Shown piece after piece: positions 39,369 to 48,161 of a DNA stretch of 64,000 nucleotides. Positions within the stretch are counted from its first letter, which is position 1. Each line of letters opens with the position of its first letter. The stretch is from an uncultured bacterium (GTDB taxonomy: Bacteria > Auribacterota > Erginobacteria > Erginobacterales > CAZKCI01): the NCBI GenBank assembly GCA_964551475.1, contig CAZKCI010000064.1, positions 19,643-83,642 of the forward strand, written 5' to 3'. The translations under genes and the position numbers were made by a program. The notes beneath the pieces are model-generated. The model ran no database searches, was not told where the DNA came from, and was given only the letters and a program-made list of their open reading frames with translations.

Positions 39369-40172
39369 ATGAAATCCTCGTTGTTCAGCAAAGGTTCCAA
39401 GTTGTTCGTCGGCATGGTCCACCTCCTTCCTCTCCCCGGCAGCCCCGGTTACGGCGGCTCCTTCGAGGCGATCGTCACCCGGGCGCTCAAGGACGGGCTC
39501 GCCCTCCAGGAGGGGGGCGCGGACGCCGTCATCATGGAGAACTATGGCGACGTCCCCTTCTTCTCCGACTCCGTTCCGCCGGAGACGGTCGCGGCGATGG
39601 CGGTGATCGCGCGCGCCATCCGCGCCGAGGTCTCCCTGCCGATGGGGATCAACGTCCTCAGGAACGACGCCCGCTCGGCCCTGGCGGTGGCGCTGGCCGC
39701 GGGGGGGAACTTCATCCGGGTCAACGTCCACTCCGGGGCGATGGTGACCGACCAGGGGATCGTCCAGGGGAAGGCCGCCGAGACGATGCGCGCCCGGGTG
39801 TCACTCAAAGCGCCGGTCGCTGTCTGGGCCGACGTGATGGTCAAGCACTCGGCGCCTCTGGGCGACTACTCGATCGAGGGGGCGGCCAAGGACACCGCTT
39901 ACCGGGGGCTCGCCGACGCCCTGATCGTCTCCGGCGCCGGGACCGGCCAGGCGACCGAGCTCGCCAAGGTCAAACGGGTCCGCTCCGCCGTCCCCGACCT
40001 GCCGATCCTGATCGGATCGGGGACGACGCCGGAGAACCTCGCCGAGTTCCTCCCCTTCGTCGACGGATTCATCGTCGGGACCGCGCTCAAGGAGAAGGGG
40101 ATCACGGTGAATCCCGTCTCCCTCCCCCGGGTCAAGGCCTTCGCCCGGGCGCTCCGGCCCAAGTCTCGGTGA
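39369..40172 (+). CDS. BtpA/SgcQ-family TIM-barrel protein
   Basis: MKSSLFSKGSKLFVGMVHLLPLPGSPGY…AVIMENYGDVPF… closely matches the BtpA (PF03437) N-terminal signature. Confidence 0.7.
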   Translation: MKSSLFSKGSKLFVGMVHLLPLPGSPGYGGSFEAIVTRALKDGLALQEGGADAVIMENYGDVPFFSDSVPPETVAAMAVIARAIRAEVSLPMGINVLRNDARSALAVALAAGGNFIRVNVHSGAMVTDQGIVQGKAAETMRARVSLKAPVAVWADVMVKHSAPLGDYSIEGAAKDTAYRGLADALIVSGAGTGQATELAKVKRVRSAVPDLPILIGSGTTPENLAEFLPFVDGFIVGTALKEKGITVNPVSLPRVKAFARALRPKSR

Positions 40173-40217
40173 AGATTCTCATCCCCTCCGCCGGTTCCGC
40201 TCGCTGTTCGGCCGGTC

Positions 40218-40246
40218 TTGACTTGGCGCTATAACCGGTGCTATAT
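40218..40246 (+). promoter_or_regulatory. Candidate sigma70 promoter for the toxin-antitoxin pair: TTGACT - 17 nt - CTATAT
   Basis: cTTGACTtggcgctataaccggtgCTATATtcgg, in a locally AT-richer intergenic region upstream of the GGAG RBS and the ATG at 40283. Confidence 0.45.
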
Positions 40247-40282
40247 TCGGTACGAATAATGGTGCGAAATGGAGAACGATCC

Positions 40283-40534
40283 ATGAATATTCTCTCTGCC
40301 CAGGAGGTCAAGCGCCGGGGGGTCGGGGCGGTGGAGGATATCCTTCACCGCGGGCCGGTGCACATATTGAAGAACAACCGCCCTCGCTACGTGATCATGA
40401 AGGAAGACGATTACGCCCTGCTGATGGCCGATCTGGCGGAGGCCCGCCTGGCGGCCTCGCTGGCGGACGTGAAGGCGGGGCGTATTCGCCGCGGCCCGGC
40501 CGCCAAACTGCTCGCGGAGCTGGAGAGGAGATAG
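40283..40534 (+). CDS. Type II antitoxin, Phd/YefM family
   Basis: MNILSAQEVKRRGVGAVEDILHRGPVHILKNNRPRYVIMKEDDYALLMADLAEARL… small acidic/basic protein with the Phd/YefM fold signature. It is directly upstream of the RelE/ParE-like gene. Confidence 0.75.
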   Translation: MNILSAQEVKRRGVGAVEDILHRGPVHILKNNRPRYVIMKEDDYALLMADLAEARLAASLADVKAGRIRRGPAAKLLAELERR

Positions 40535-40541
40535 GGGACTC

Positions 40542-40838
40542 GTGGCATCAACCCGTCCCCCTTTCGCGCTGGTCTGGACGGCGACCTTCGAGCGCACCGC
40601 CCGCAAGTTTCTTCGCCGTCACCCGGAACAGCGGGGGATGCTCGCGGATGTCTTCCGGCAGCTGGAAAGGGACCCGCGCTCTCCCCGTCTCCGGCTTCAT
40701 CCCTGGAAGGGGAGCCAGCGGGGCTGGTATGCCCTCAGCCTGACCTATGACTATCGCATCGTTCTGGTCCTAAGATTAGTCGCCCGCGAAGCGGTGCTGC
40801 TCGATATCGGAACTCATGACGAGGTCTATCGGGAGTAG
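40542..40838 (+). CDS. Type II toxin, RelE/ParE superfamily
   Basis: …RLRLHPWKGSQRGWYALSLTYDYRIVLVLRLVAREAVLLDIGTHDEVYRE matches the RelE/ParE C-terminal signature (…H.LKG…Y.L…DYRI…GTHD..Y). The start is 8 bp after the antitoxin stop. Confidence 0.75.
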   Translation: MASTRPPFALVWTATFERTARKFLRRHPEQRGMLADVFRQLERDPRSPRLRLHPWKGSQRGWYALSLTYDYRIVLVLRLVAREAVLLDIGTHDEVYRE

Positions 40839-40913
40839 GTTGTTATTCCATGGCCTCGCGTCCTGAAAACAAATGGTCCCAGCGGGTGGCCGAGACCAGC
40901 AACGCCCTCGATC

Positions 40914-41393
40914 TTGAAGCGGGTGTCTTCACCAAGTTCGCCAAGAGAGAGGAGAAAAAGGTTCCCTCCGGTCACCGGGTGCTCTTTCGTCGTCAGCATC
41001 ATCGTCGCGCTGATGATATTCTCTCCGCTTGCCTGTAAGATGTTCCCTCCGCCGAGCGTCCATTTCAAATCGCCTTTCCCGCCTTCAGCTGAGTTGTTGC
41101 ACTATCAGCGGGAGCAGGCGGGTTTTGACGTGAGCTATGCCTTTGTTTTCAGGATGACCGACGATAGACTGCGCGATCAGATAATCGCGGATTGGCAACT
41201 GCAGACGGTGGTCGATAAAGACCGGAAATTGCGCTCGTTCATCAGCCTGAAACCGCCCGCCTGGTGGCCGGCCAGGAGACTCCAGGCCATGCCCGAGCGC
41301 TACGAGAGAGACGATGAGGCTGCCGAGAAATATTGGAGCTTGTGGGTCGACGGCAAGAACGAGTTGCTGTACTGTGAGTGCGGACGGTGGTGA
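40914..41393 (+). CDS. Hypothetical protein (159 aa) with N-terminal hydrophobic segment; lower local GC
   Basis: ORF only; no recognisable motif (…WQLQTVVDKDRKLRSFISLKPPAWW…LYCECGRW). Confidence 0.35.
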   Translation: MKRVSSPSSPRERRKRFPPVTGCSFVVSIIVALMIFSPLACKMFPPPSVHFKSPFPPSAELLHYQREQAGFDVSYAFVFRMTDDRLRDQIIADWQLQTVVDKDRKLRSFISLKPPAWWPARRLQAMPERYERDDEAAEKYWSLWVDGKNELLYCECGRW

Positions 41394-41394
41394 A

Positions 41395-42111
41395 TTGAAG
41401 ATCAAAGCGAATCTCGGCTATCTGTCGGGGTGGGCGCTGGCCGCCGCGGTCTTGGCCGCCGGATGCTGCGGCGATAAAAAGGCGGATTCGTCCGCCCGGA
41501 AGGAAATCGTGCGCGATCGACGCTATCCGAGCCATTGGTGGGCGCCGGCCCCCCGGGAAGGGGCCCCGGCCTGGGAGATCCTCCCCCAGGAGGCCGGCCC
41601 CGGCGAGGTCATCCTCTCCAAGCGCAACGAGCTCGGCCTCCTCTCCAACTTCGCCGCCACGCCCTTTGAGTGTCGAGGCCAGCGCTACGCGAGCCTGGAG
41701 GGTTTCTGGCAGATGATGAAATACCCGGAATCCCCGCAGGACCCGCGGGCGACCTTCCCCGGACTGACCTGGAACTACACCCGCGACCAAGTGGCCCAGC
41801 TCACGGCCTTCGAGGCGAAGGAGGCGGGGAACCTGGCCGGGGAGAACATGAAGAAGATGGGGATCGAGTGGGTGACTTTCGAAGGGAAGCGGTTCCCCTA
41901 TCGTCCGGCGTCTCCGGGCGAGCACTGCCGCCTGATCGTAGAAGCGACCTGGGACAAGGTCCGCCAAAACCCCGACGTGAAGAAGGTCCTTCTCTCCACC
42001 GGCGATCTCATCCTGAAGCCGGATCATCACCAGGAACCCAACCCTCCCGCCGCCTGGCGGTATTACGACATCCTCACCGGGATTCGAAGCCGCCTGCGGG
42101 AAGAGCGATAG
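41395..42111 (+). CDS. NADAR (YbiA-like, DUF1768) domain lipoprotein
   Basis: In-frame TTG 41395 gives MKIKANLGYLSGWALAAAVLAAGC (lipobox). NADAR signatures LLSNFAATPFECRGQRYASLEGFWQMMKY and …VRQNPDVKKVLLSTGDLIL…. Confidence 0.6.
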   Translation: MKIKANLGYLSGWALAAAVLAAGCCGDKKADSSARKEIVRDRRYPSHWWAPAPREGAPAWEILPQEAGPGEVILSKRNELGLLSNFAATPFECRGQRYASLEGFWQMMKYPESPQDPRATFPGLTWNYTRDQVAQLTAFEAKEAGNLAGENMKKMGIEWVTFEGKRFPYRPASPGEHCRLIVEATWDKVRQNPDVKKVLLSTGDLILKPDHHQEPNPPAAWRYYDILTGIRSRLREER

Positions 42112-42137
42112 CCGGCGGAATATAATCCCCTGCCGAA

Positions 42138-42686
42138 ATGAAAACAGTCCTGGGCATTGCCGGAAGCCCCCGGAAGGGCGGGAACACGGAGATCCTGGTC
42201 TCCCGGGTCCTCGCGGGCGCGGCCGCTCAAGGCGCCACGGTCGATCTCGTCCGCCTGGCGGAACTGAAGATCTCGGAATGCGACGGCTGCCACGCCTGCT
42301 GGAAGGGGAGGGGGTGCTCCAAGAAGGACGATATGCTCTCCCTCTATCCGAAGATCGTCTCCTGCGACGCCATCGTCTTCGGCACGCCGGTCTACTGGTA
42401 TGGGCCGACCGCCTTGATGAAGGCTTTCGTGGACCGCCTGGTCTATTTCAACTGCCCGAAGAACCGGGCTTTGATCCGGGGGAAGAAGGCGGCGATCGCC
42501 GTCCCCTTCGAGGATAAGGACCCCGCGACGGCCGATCTGATCGTGAAATTCTTCAAGAAAAGCCTGTCCTACCTGGAGATGAAGTTCGCCGGCCAGGTTC
42601 TCGCGCCCGGAGTGGGCGCAAAGGGCGAGATTATGGTCCGGTCAAGAATCCTGGCCGAGGCCTTTGATCTGGGCCGCTCATTGTGA
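42138..42686 (+). CDS. Flavodoxin-fold NADPH-dependent FMN reductase / iron-sulfur flavoprotein-like
   Basis: MKTVLGIAGSPRKGGNTEILV… (FMN_red N-terminus), CDGCHACW Cys motif, …FGTPVYWYGPTALMKAFVDRL…. Confidence 0.75.
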   Translation: MKTVLGIAGSPRKGGNTEILVSRVLAGAAAQGATVDLVRLAELKISECDGCHACWKGRGCSKKDDMLSLYPKIVSCDAIVFGTPVYWYGPTALMKAFVDRLVYFNCPKNRALIRGKKAAIAVPFEDKDPATADLIVKFFKKSLSYLEMKFAGQVLAPGVGAKGEIMVRSRILAEAFDLGRSL

Positions 42687-42756
42687 TTTTCGGTTCTCTC
42701 CCGTTTTATGTGGGTTCCCAGATCCCCATTTTCTATTCTCGTCTCCGCCCCAACCT

Positions 42757-42796
42757 TTTGGACATTTAAGGTCCGATCGGACCAGAAATGTCCAAT
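42757..42796. repeat. 38-bp near-perfect palindrome TTGGACATTT-aa-GGTCCGATCGGACC-ag-AAATGTCCAA
   Basis: Read directly. It is a member of the CGATCG-cored palindrome family also present at 57428-57653. Confidence 0.8.
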
Positions 42797-43010
42797 TTCA
42801 CTTCCGGGGCGCCGAGAAGAAGACGGCCGCGGAGGCGGCAGGGCCCGGGGCAGGGACGGCGGGGATAACCGGCCGGGATGAAGGGCGCCCTCCGAATCCA
42901 CACGAAATGGAGGAGAACCTGATTTTCCAGGCCTGTCCATAGCGTCCATCCAGTCCCTCCCGTCCATGGCGTCCCGACCCTCGCGGTTCAGTCGGCCGGT
43001 GATTCCGGCC

Positions 43011-43041
43011 AAAAAATCGCCCCGGGGAGGGGCGATTTTTA
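43011..43041. terminator. Bidirectional intrinsic terminator AAAAAA-TCGCCCC-gggga-GGGGCGA-TTTTT
   Basis: Perfect 7-bp GC stem flanked by an A-run and a T-run. It sits between the accessory islet and the nusA leader. Confidence 0.65.
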
Positions 43042-43095
43042 TTCTTGACCGCGGTGCAAACGTGTAATATCCTAACAACAATTTCGGGTGGTTCT

Positions 43096-43126
43096 CCAGA
43101 GTGGGTGGACACCCACTCTTTTTTAT
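43096..43126 (+). terminator. nusA leader hairpin + U-tract (AGAGTGGGTG-gac-ACCCACTCT-TTTTTTAT), ~25 nt before the nusA ATG: candidate attenuator
   Basis: Read directly. It is preceded by TTGACC (43045-50) and TGTAATAT (43063-70) promoter-like hexamers with an atypical 14-nt spacing. Confidence 0.5.
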
Positions 43127-43149
43127 AAACCGCCCCGGACGAATACGAC

Positions 43150-44433
43150 ATGAACGCGGACCTGATAGCCGTACTCGAATACATGGAGAGGGACAAGGGG
43201 ATCAGCCGGGAGGTTCTCCTCCAGGCGATCGAGACCTCTCTGCTCACCGCTTCCAAGAAAAGCCTGGGGCCGGCCCGGAACCTAGAGGTCACGATCAATC
43301 CCAAGACCGGTGACATCAAGGCCTTCACCACTCTGGTCGCGGTGGAAAAGGTGACCGACCAGCACAACGAGATTTCCCTATCCGAAGCGCGCAAGATCAA
43401 GGCCTCCGCCGCGGCGGGGGACGAAATCCGCAAAGAGGTCACGCCCAAGAACTTCGGACGCATCGCCGCCCAGACCGCCAAGCAGGTGGTGATCCAGAAG
43501 ATCCGGGAAGCGGAAAAAGAAGTCGTCATGGGCGAATACCGGCAGAGGGTGGGGGACATCGTGAGCGGCGTGATCCGCCGGGCCGAGAAGGGAGTGGTGG
43601 TGATCGATCTCGGCCGGACCGAGGGGATCATGCCCGAGCGGGAGCAGTGCCCGCACGAGGAGTACCGGCCGGGGATGCGGGTGCGCGCCATTATCCTGGA
43701 AGTCCGCGACAAGAACAAGGGCCCCGAGGTCATCCTCTCCCGCGCCACCGCCGGCTTCGTCCACAAGCTCTTCGAAATCGAAGTGCCGGAGCTGAAAGAG
43801 AATGTGGTGGAGATCAAGGCCATCGCCCGGGAGCCCGGCTACCGCACCAAGATCGCGGTCTGGGCCGCCAACGAAAAGGTCGACTGCGTCGGCGCCTGCG
43901 TCGGCCTGCGGGGAGCGCGGGTGAAGAGCGTGGTCCGCGAGCTCTCCGGCGAGAAGGTCGACATCATCCGCTGGGACGCCGATCCGGCCGTTTTCATCAC
44001 CAACGCGCTCTCCCCGGCCAAGCTCAAGCAGGTCGTGATCAACGAGGAGAAGAAGGAGGCCGAGGTGGTGGTGGACGAGGACCAGCTTTCGCTGGCCATC
44101 GGGAAGAAGGGGCAGAACGTCCGCCTCTCCTCCCGCCTGACCGGCTGGAAGGTCGATATCTACCGGGAAGGCGAAATCAGCAAGGGGGTCAAGAAAGCAG
44201 TGGGCCAGATCTCCGCCCTCCCCGACGTGGACGAGGAGACCGCCCAGAAACTGGTGGAGGCCGGCTTCACCGATCTCGCCGTGCTCGCCATCTCCGACTC
44301 GGCGGACCTCGCCGAGATCCCCGGCCTGGACGAAGAGAAAGCCTCGGCGATCATCGCCTCGGCGAAGAAGCTGGCGGCTCCGGCCGAGGCGCCGGCGGCG
44401 GCCGCCCCTCCGGAAGCGGAAGAAAAAATCTGA
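43150..44433 (+). CDS. nusA: Transcription termination/antitermination factor NusA
   Basis: N-terminal RNAP-binding domain, an S1 domain, two KH domains (…GACVGLRGARVKSVVREL…GEKVDII…) and a C-terminal acidic repeat. Confidence 0.9.
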   Translation: MNADLIAVLEYMERDKGISREVLLQAIETSLLTASKKSLGPARNLEVTINPKTGDIKAFTTLVAVEKVTDQHNEISLSEARKIKASAAAGDEIRKEVTPKNFGRIAAQTAKQVVIQKIREAEKEVVMGEYRQRVGDIVSGVIRRAEKGVVVIDLGRTEGIMPEREQCPHEEYRPGMRVRAIILEVRDKNKGPEVILSRATAGFVHKLFEIEVPELKENVVEIKAIAREPGYRTKIAVWAANEKVDCVGACVGLRGARVKSVVRELSGEKVDIIRWDADPAVFITNALSPAKLKQVVINEEKKEAEVVVDEDQLSLAIGKKGQNVRLSSRLTGWKVDIYREGEISKGVKKAVGQISALPDVDEETAQKLVEAGFTDLAVLAISDSADLAEIPGLDEEKASAIIASAKKLAAPAEAPAAAAPPEAEEKI

Positions 44434-44466
44434 CGATTTTTCGCGCGCTCGACGCATAAAGGACAG

Positions 44467-46545
44467 ATGAGAGTCTACGAACTGGCCAAGTCGCTCAAGC
44501 TCGAGAACAAGGACCTGATCGCCCGGCTCGGGGAGATGGGGATCGCGGTCAAGTCCCACTCCTCGTCCCTGACCGAAGAGCAAGCGGCCTCCGTCCGTTC
44601 CCGCCTGGCGGCCTCTCCTCCCGCGGCCGCCCCGGCCGTAGGACCGGCGAAGAAGGTTTCACCGCCGGCGAAAAAGACCAAAGCCGAGGAACCGCCGGCG
44701 CCGGTCTCGACCGCCGCGCCCATCAGCGAAGCCGGACCGGCCGCGCCCTCCGCGCCGGCCGTCTTCCTGAAAAACCTGGCGATCAAGTTCCCGGTGACCG
44801 TGCGGGAGTTCGCCGATGGAGTGGGGCAGAAGCCGAACATCATCCTGAAGAAGCTCATGGAGATGGGCCTCTTCTGCTCCTTGAACCAGTTCCTGGACGA
44901 GGGCCCCGCCCAGACTATCGCCCGGGAATACGGATTTGAAATCAAGGCGCCCATCCGGGGACCGGCGGAGACGCCGCCCGGCACCCGGAAGGAAGCCGCC
45001 CATCACCGTCCGGCGCCGGTCCGGGATGAGCACGCCGAGCCGCGCGCCCCGGTGGTCACACTGATGGGCCATATCGACCACGGCAAGACCTCGCTCCTCG
45101 ACGCCGTCCGCCGCTCGCGCATCGCCGCCGGCGAGGCGGGAGGGATCACCCAGCACATCGGCGCCTACCGGATCAAGACCAAGGGGGGGTACATCGTCTT
45201 TCTGGACACCCCGGGCCACAAGGCCTTCACCACCATGCGCGCGCGGGGCGCCCAGCTCACCGACATCGTGGTCCTGGTGGTGGCCGCCGACGACGGGATC
45301 ATGCCCCAGACACTGGAGGCGATCGACCACGCCCGGGCGGCCGGCGTCCCCGTCGTGGTGGCGATCAACAAGATGGACAAGTCCGCCGCCTCGCCCGACA
45401 AGGTCAAGCGCCAGCTGGCCGAGCGGGAGCTTCTGCCCGAAGACATGGGAGGCAAGATCATCTGCGTCCCCGTTTCCGCCAAGACCAAGGACGGGCTGGA
45501 GCACCTCCTGGAGATGCTCCTGCTCCAGGCCGAGATCATGGAGCTCAGGGCCATCCCCACCGGCCCGGCCGAGGGCGTGGTGGTGGAGGCCCGCCACACC
45601 GCCGATCGCGGCCCGGTGGTTACGCTGCTCATCAAGAAGGGGACGCTCCGCCGGGGCGACCCCCTAGTCTGCGATGTTTTTCCCGGCAAGGTGAAGAGCA
45701 TGTTCGACGACCTTGGCCGCGAGGTCAAGGAAGCCGGCCCTTCCACCCCGGTCGAGGTGCTGGGGATCATGGGCGTCCCCGCCGCCGGCTCGTTTTGCCG
45801 GGTGGTGGCCTCCGACGCCGCCGCGCGGGAGTCCGCGGAAAGCCTCCAGGCCGAGAAAAAGGTCCAGTCCCGGGAGCCCGTCCACCGGGCGAGCCTGGAG
45901 GACCTCTTCCAGAAGCTCAGCCAGGGCACGGCCAAGGAGCTCAACCTGGTGGTCAAAGCCGACGTCCAGGGGACGCTGGAGGCCCTTCTGGGCTCCCTCT
46001 CCGAGCTCGCCACGCCCAAGGCCGAGGTCAAGTTCATCCACACCGGCGTCGGCGCGATCAGTGAATCCGACGTCATGCTCGCCTCCGCTTCGGGGGCGGT
46101 GATCATCGGCTTCAACGTCAAGGCGGAGAGCCGGATCAAGGGGCTGGCGGGGAGCGAAGGGGTGGACATCCGGGAATACGCCATCATCTACGAGGCGGTG
46201 GACGAGGTGACCCGGGCCCTGGAAGGGCTGCTCGAGCCCAAGATCGAGGAGCAGGTCCTCGGCCAGGCGCGGGTCAAGCAGGTCTTCAAGGTCACCAAGG
46301 TGGGGACGGTAGCCGGGTGCGATGTGGAGAAGGGAAAGATCGCGCGCGGCAACCGGGTGAAGATCCTGCGCGCCGGCCAGGTGGTCGGGAAGGACACCGT
46401 GATCTCGATCAAGCGCTTCAAGGACACCGTCGACGAAGTGGGCCCGGGGATGGAGTGCGGGATCACCCTCGGCAATTTCAAGGATTATCAGGAAGGGGAT
46501 CTCATCGAGGCCTACCGGATCAAAGAGACCGCTCAAACTTTATAG
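44467..46545 (+). CDS. infB: Translation initiation factor IF-2
   Basis: G-domain [21 protein letters not shown]. Pro/Ala-rich N-terminal region. C-terminal beta-barrels. Confidence 0.95.
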   Translation: MRVYELAKSLKLENKDLIARLGEMGIAVKSHSSSLTEEQAASVRSRLAASPPAAAPAVGPAKKVSPPAKKTKAEEPPAPVSTAAPISEAGPAAPSAPAVFLKNLAIKFPVTVREFADGVGQKPNIILKKLMEMGLFCSLNQFLDEGPAQTIAREYGFEIKAPIRGPAETPPGTRKEAAHHRPAPVRDEHAEPRAPVVTLMGHIDHGKTSLLDAVRRSRIAAGEAGGITQHIGAYRIKTKGGYIVFLDTPGHKAFTTMRARGAQLTDIVVLVVAADDGIMPQTLEAIDHARAAGVPVVVAINKMDKSAASPDKVKRQLAERELLPEDMGGKIICVPVSAKTKDGLEHLLEMLLLQAEIMELRAIPTGPAEGVVVEARHTADRGPVVTLLIKKGTLRRGDPLVCDVFPGKVKSMFDDLGREVKEAGPSTPVEVLGIMGVPAAGSFCRVVASDAAARESAESLQAEKKVQSREPVHRASLEDLFQKLSQGTAKELNLVVKADVQGTLEALLGSLSELATPKAEVKFIHTGVGAISESDVMLASASGAVIIGFNVKAESRIKGLAGSEGVDIREYAIIYEAVDEVTRALEGLLEPKIEEQVLGQARVKQVFKVTKVGTVAGCDVEKGKIARGNRVKILRAGQVVGKDTVISIKRFKDTVDEVGPGMECGITLGNFKDYQEGDLIEAYRIKETAQTL

Positions 46546-46580
46546 AACGGAGCGGCGAGCCGCTCTGTTCTATAAAGTTT
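46535..46580 (+). other. ~45-bp palindrome spanning the infB stop codon (AAACTTTATAGAACGGAGCGGC-gag-GCCGCTCTGTTCTATAAAGTTT)
   Basis: 20-bp arms with one G:U-compatible mismatch. No U-tract follows. Confidence 0.6.
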
Positions 46581-46684
46581 GACAGCCCGCTGATCTTAAG
46601 TTTCCGCGTCGTCATGCCCATCCCTCTGCGTCGGGCCGGCGCGTCGTTCCGAAGAAAATATTTGATCTTGCGGATTCCCCTGAT

Positions 46685-46746
46685 CTCGCGGATATTTTTT
46701 CCGAATGAGGCGGGGGATGACGATCCCCCGCCTCGTTCGGAAAAAA
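46685..46746 (+). other. Hairpin TTTTTT-CCGAATGAGGCGGGGGA-tgacga-TCCCCCGCCTCGTTCGG-AAAAAAG ending 2 nt before the rbfA ATG
   Basis: 17-bp stem (one wobble) flanked by T- and A-runs. It is terminator-like in either orientation and sequesters the rbfA translation-initiation region. Confidence 0.55.
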
Positions 46747-46747
46747 G

Positions 46748-47146
46748 ATGAAGACGCATCGGCTCGCCCGGATCGAGGAGCAGGTCAAGCGGATCATCGG
46801 GGAGATTCTCTCCGCCGGGGCCAAGGATCCCCGGATCGGTCTCGCCAGCGTGACCCGGGTCTCGGTCAGCCCCGATCTCCAGCAGGCCAAGGTTTTCATC
46901 AGCGCCTACGGCAGCGAGGAGGAGAAGAGGAAGACCTTCGCAGGCCTGCAGAGCGCCCGCTCCTATATCCAGCGCGAGCTCGGCTCCCAGGTCAGCTACC
47001 GCAATACGCCGGTGATCAGCTTCCACGAGGACCTCGTCCTGGCCTACGGGGCCCGGATCGACGAGATCCTCCTGGAGATCAAGAAAAAGGAAGGCGAGTC
47101 TTCCTATCCTCCATCCTCTACCCTCCATCCTCCCGAGAAGCCATGA
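46748..47146 (+). CDS. rbfA: Ribosome-binding factor A
   Basis: MKTHRLARIEEQVKRIIGEIL… KH-like RbfA signature (…RIGLASVTRVSVSPDLQQAKVFIS…). Confidence 0.85.
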   Translation: MKTHRLARIEEQVKRIIGEILSAGAKDPRIGLASVTRVSVSPDLQQAKVFISAYGSEEEKRKTFAGLQSARSYIQRELGSQVSYRNTPVISFHEDLVLAYGARIDEILLEIKKKEGESSYPPSSTLHPPEKP

Positions 47147-48129
47147 AGGTTCCCCCTTCCCTGATCTCCGCTATCCGCTCCCGCCGCTCCTTCCTCATCT
47201 CCTCCCACATCCGCCCGGACGGCGACGCCATCGGGACCCAGCTCGCCCTCCGCCTGATCCTCCTGGCCCTGGGGAAGAAAGCGGTCATCCAGAACCACTC
47301 TCCCGTCCCGCGGAACTTCCACTTCCTCCCCGGCTCGCGGCTCATCCGCCCGTTCGGGAAGCTCCCGTTCCGCCCGGACGCCGCCCTGATCATCGACGTC
47401 CCCTCGCCCCATCGCCTGGGCGGGGTGCGGGAGCACCTCCAGGGGATCCCGCTGGTCATCAATATCGATCACCACATCTCCAACGAGTATTTCGGGTCGA
47501 TCAACTGGGTGGAGGCGAAATCCTCCTCGGTGGGGGAGATGGTCTGCTCGCTGGTCCGAGCCCTCGGCCTCCCGCTTTCCCGCCCGATCGCCCTCTGCCT
47601 CTACGTGGCCCTCCTCACCGACATGGGCAAGTTCCAGTTCATGGTCACGCCGGAGTCGGGGGCGAGGATCTTCCGCCTCGCCGCCTCTCTCACCGCCACC
47701 GGTCTCGTCCCCTACGAGATCTACAAGCTCGTCTACAACCTCTATTCGCACGACCAGCTGAAGCTTCTCGGCGAGGCCCTGCGCACGCTCGCCTTCGCCG
47801 CCTCCGGACAGATCGCGCACATGTCCGTCACGGCGGCGATGGTGAAAAAGTACGGGATCAGCGACGACAACACCGACGGCCTGATCTCCCAGCCCCGGGA
47901 CCTGCGCTCCACCCGGGTAGCCATCCTCTTCACCGAGTCCGAGGGCAAGGTCAAGGTCTCGCTCCGTTCCAAGGAGCCCCGGCGACTGAACATGAACCGG
48001 GTCGCCTCCCGCTTCGGGGGGGGAGGGCATCCGGCCGCCGCCGGGGCGGAGGTGGAGGGAAGCCTCGGGCATGTCCGGCCGCTGATTGTGAAGGCGGTGG
48101 AAGAGGAGTTAAGGAGATCTCGAATCTGA
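47143..48129 (+). CDS. nrnA: DHH/DHHA1 phosphoesterase (NrnA-like bifunctional oligoribonuclease/pAp phosphatase)
   Basis: ATG 47143 overlapping the rbfA stop. DHH motifs (SHIRPDGDAIG, …INIDHHISN…) and DHHA1 GGGH (FGGGGHPAAAG). Confidence 0.75.
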   Translation: MKVPPSLISAIRSRRSFLISSHIRPDGDAIGTQLALRLILLALGKKAVIQNHSPVPRNFHFLPGSRLIRPFGKLPFRPDAALIIDVPSPHRLGGVREHLQGIPLVINIDHHISNEYFGSINWVEAKSSSVGEMVCSLVRALGLPLSRPIALCLYVALLTDMGKFQFMVTPESGARIFRLAASLTATGLVPYEIYKLVYNLYSHDQLKLLGEALRTLAFAASGQIAHMSVTAAMVKKYGISDDNTDGLISQPRDLRSTRVAILFTESEGKVKVSLRSKEPRRLNMNRVASRFGGGGHPAAAGAEVEGSLGHVRPLIVKAVEEELRRSRI

Positions 48130-48161
48130 GATCGGAGATCTCAAATCTCAGATCCCCGGCG

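Noticed and set aside
43045-43070. TTGACC…TGTAATAT as a definite nusA promoter
   Set aside because: The hexamers are good but the spacer is only about 14 nt. It is kept as a mention inside the leader finding rather than as a confident promoter feature.
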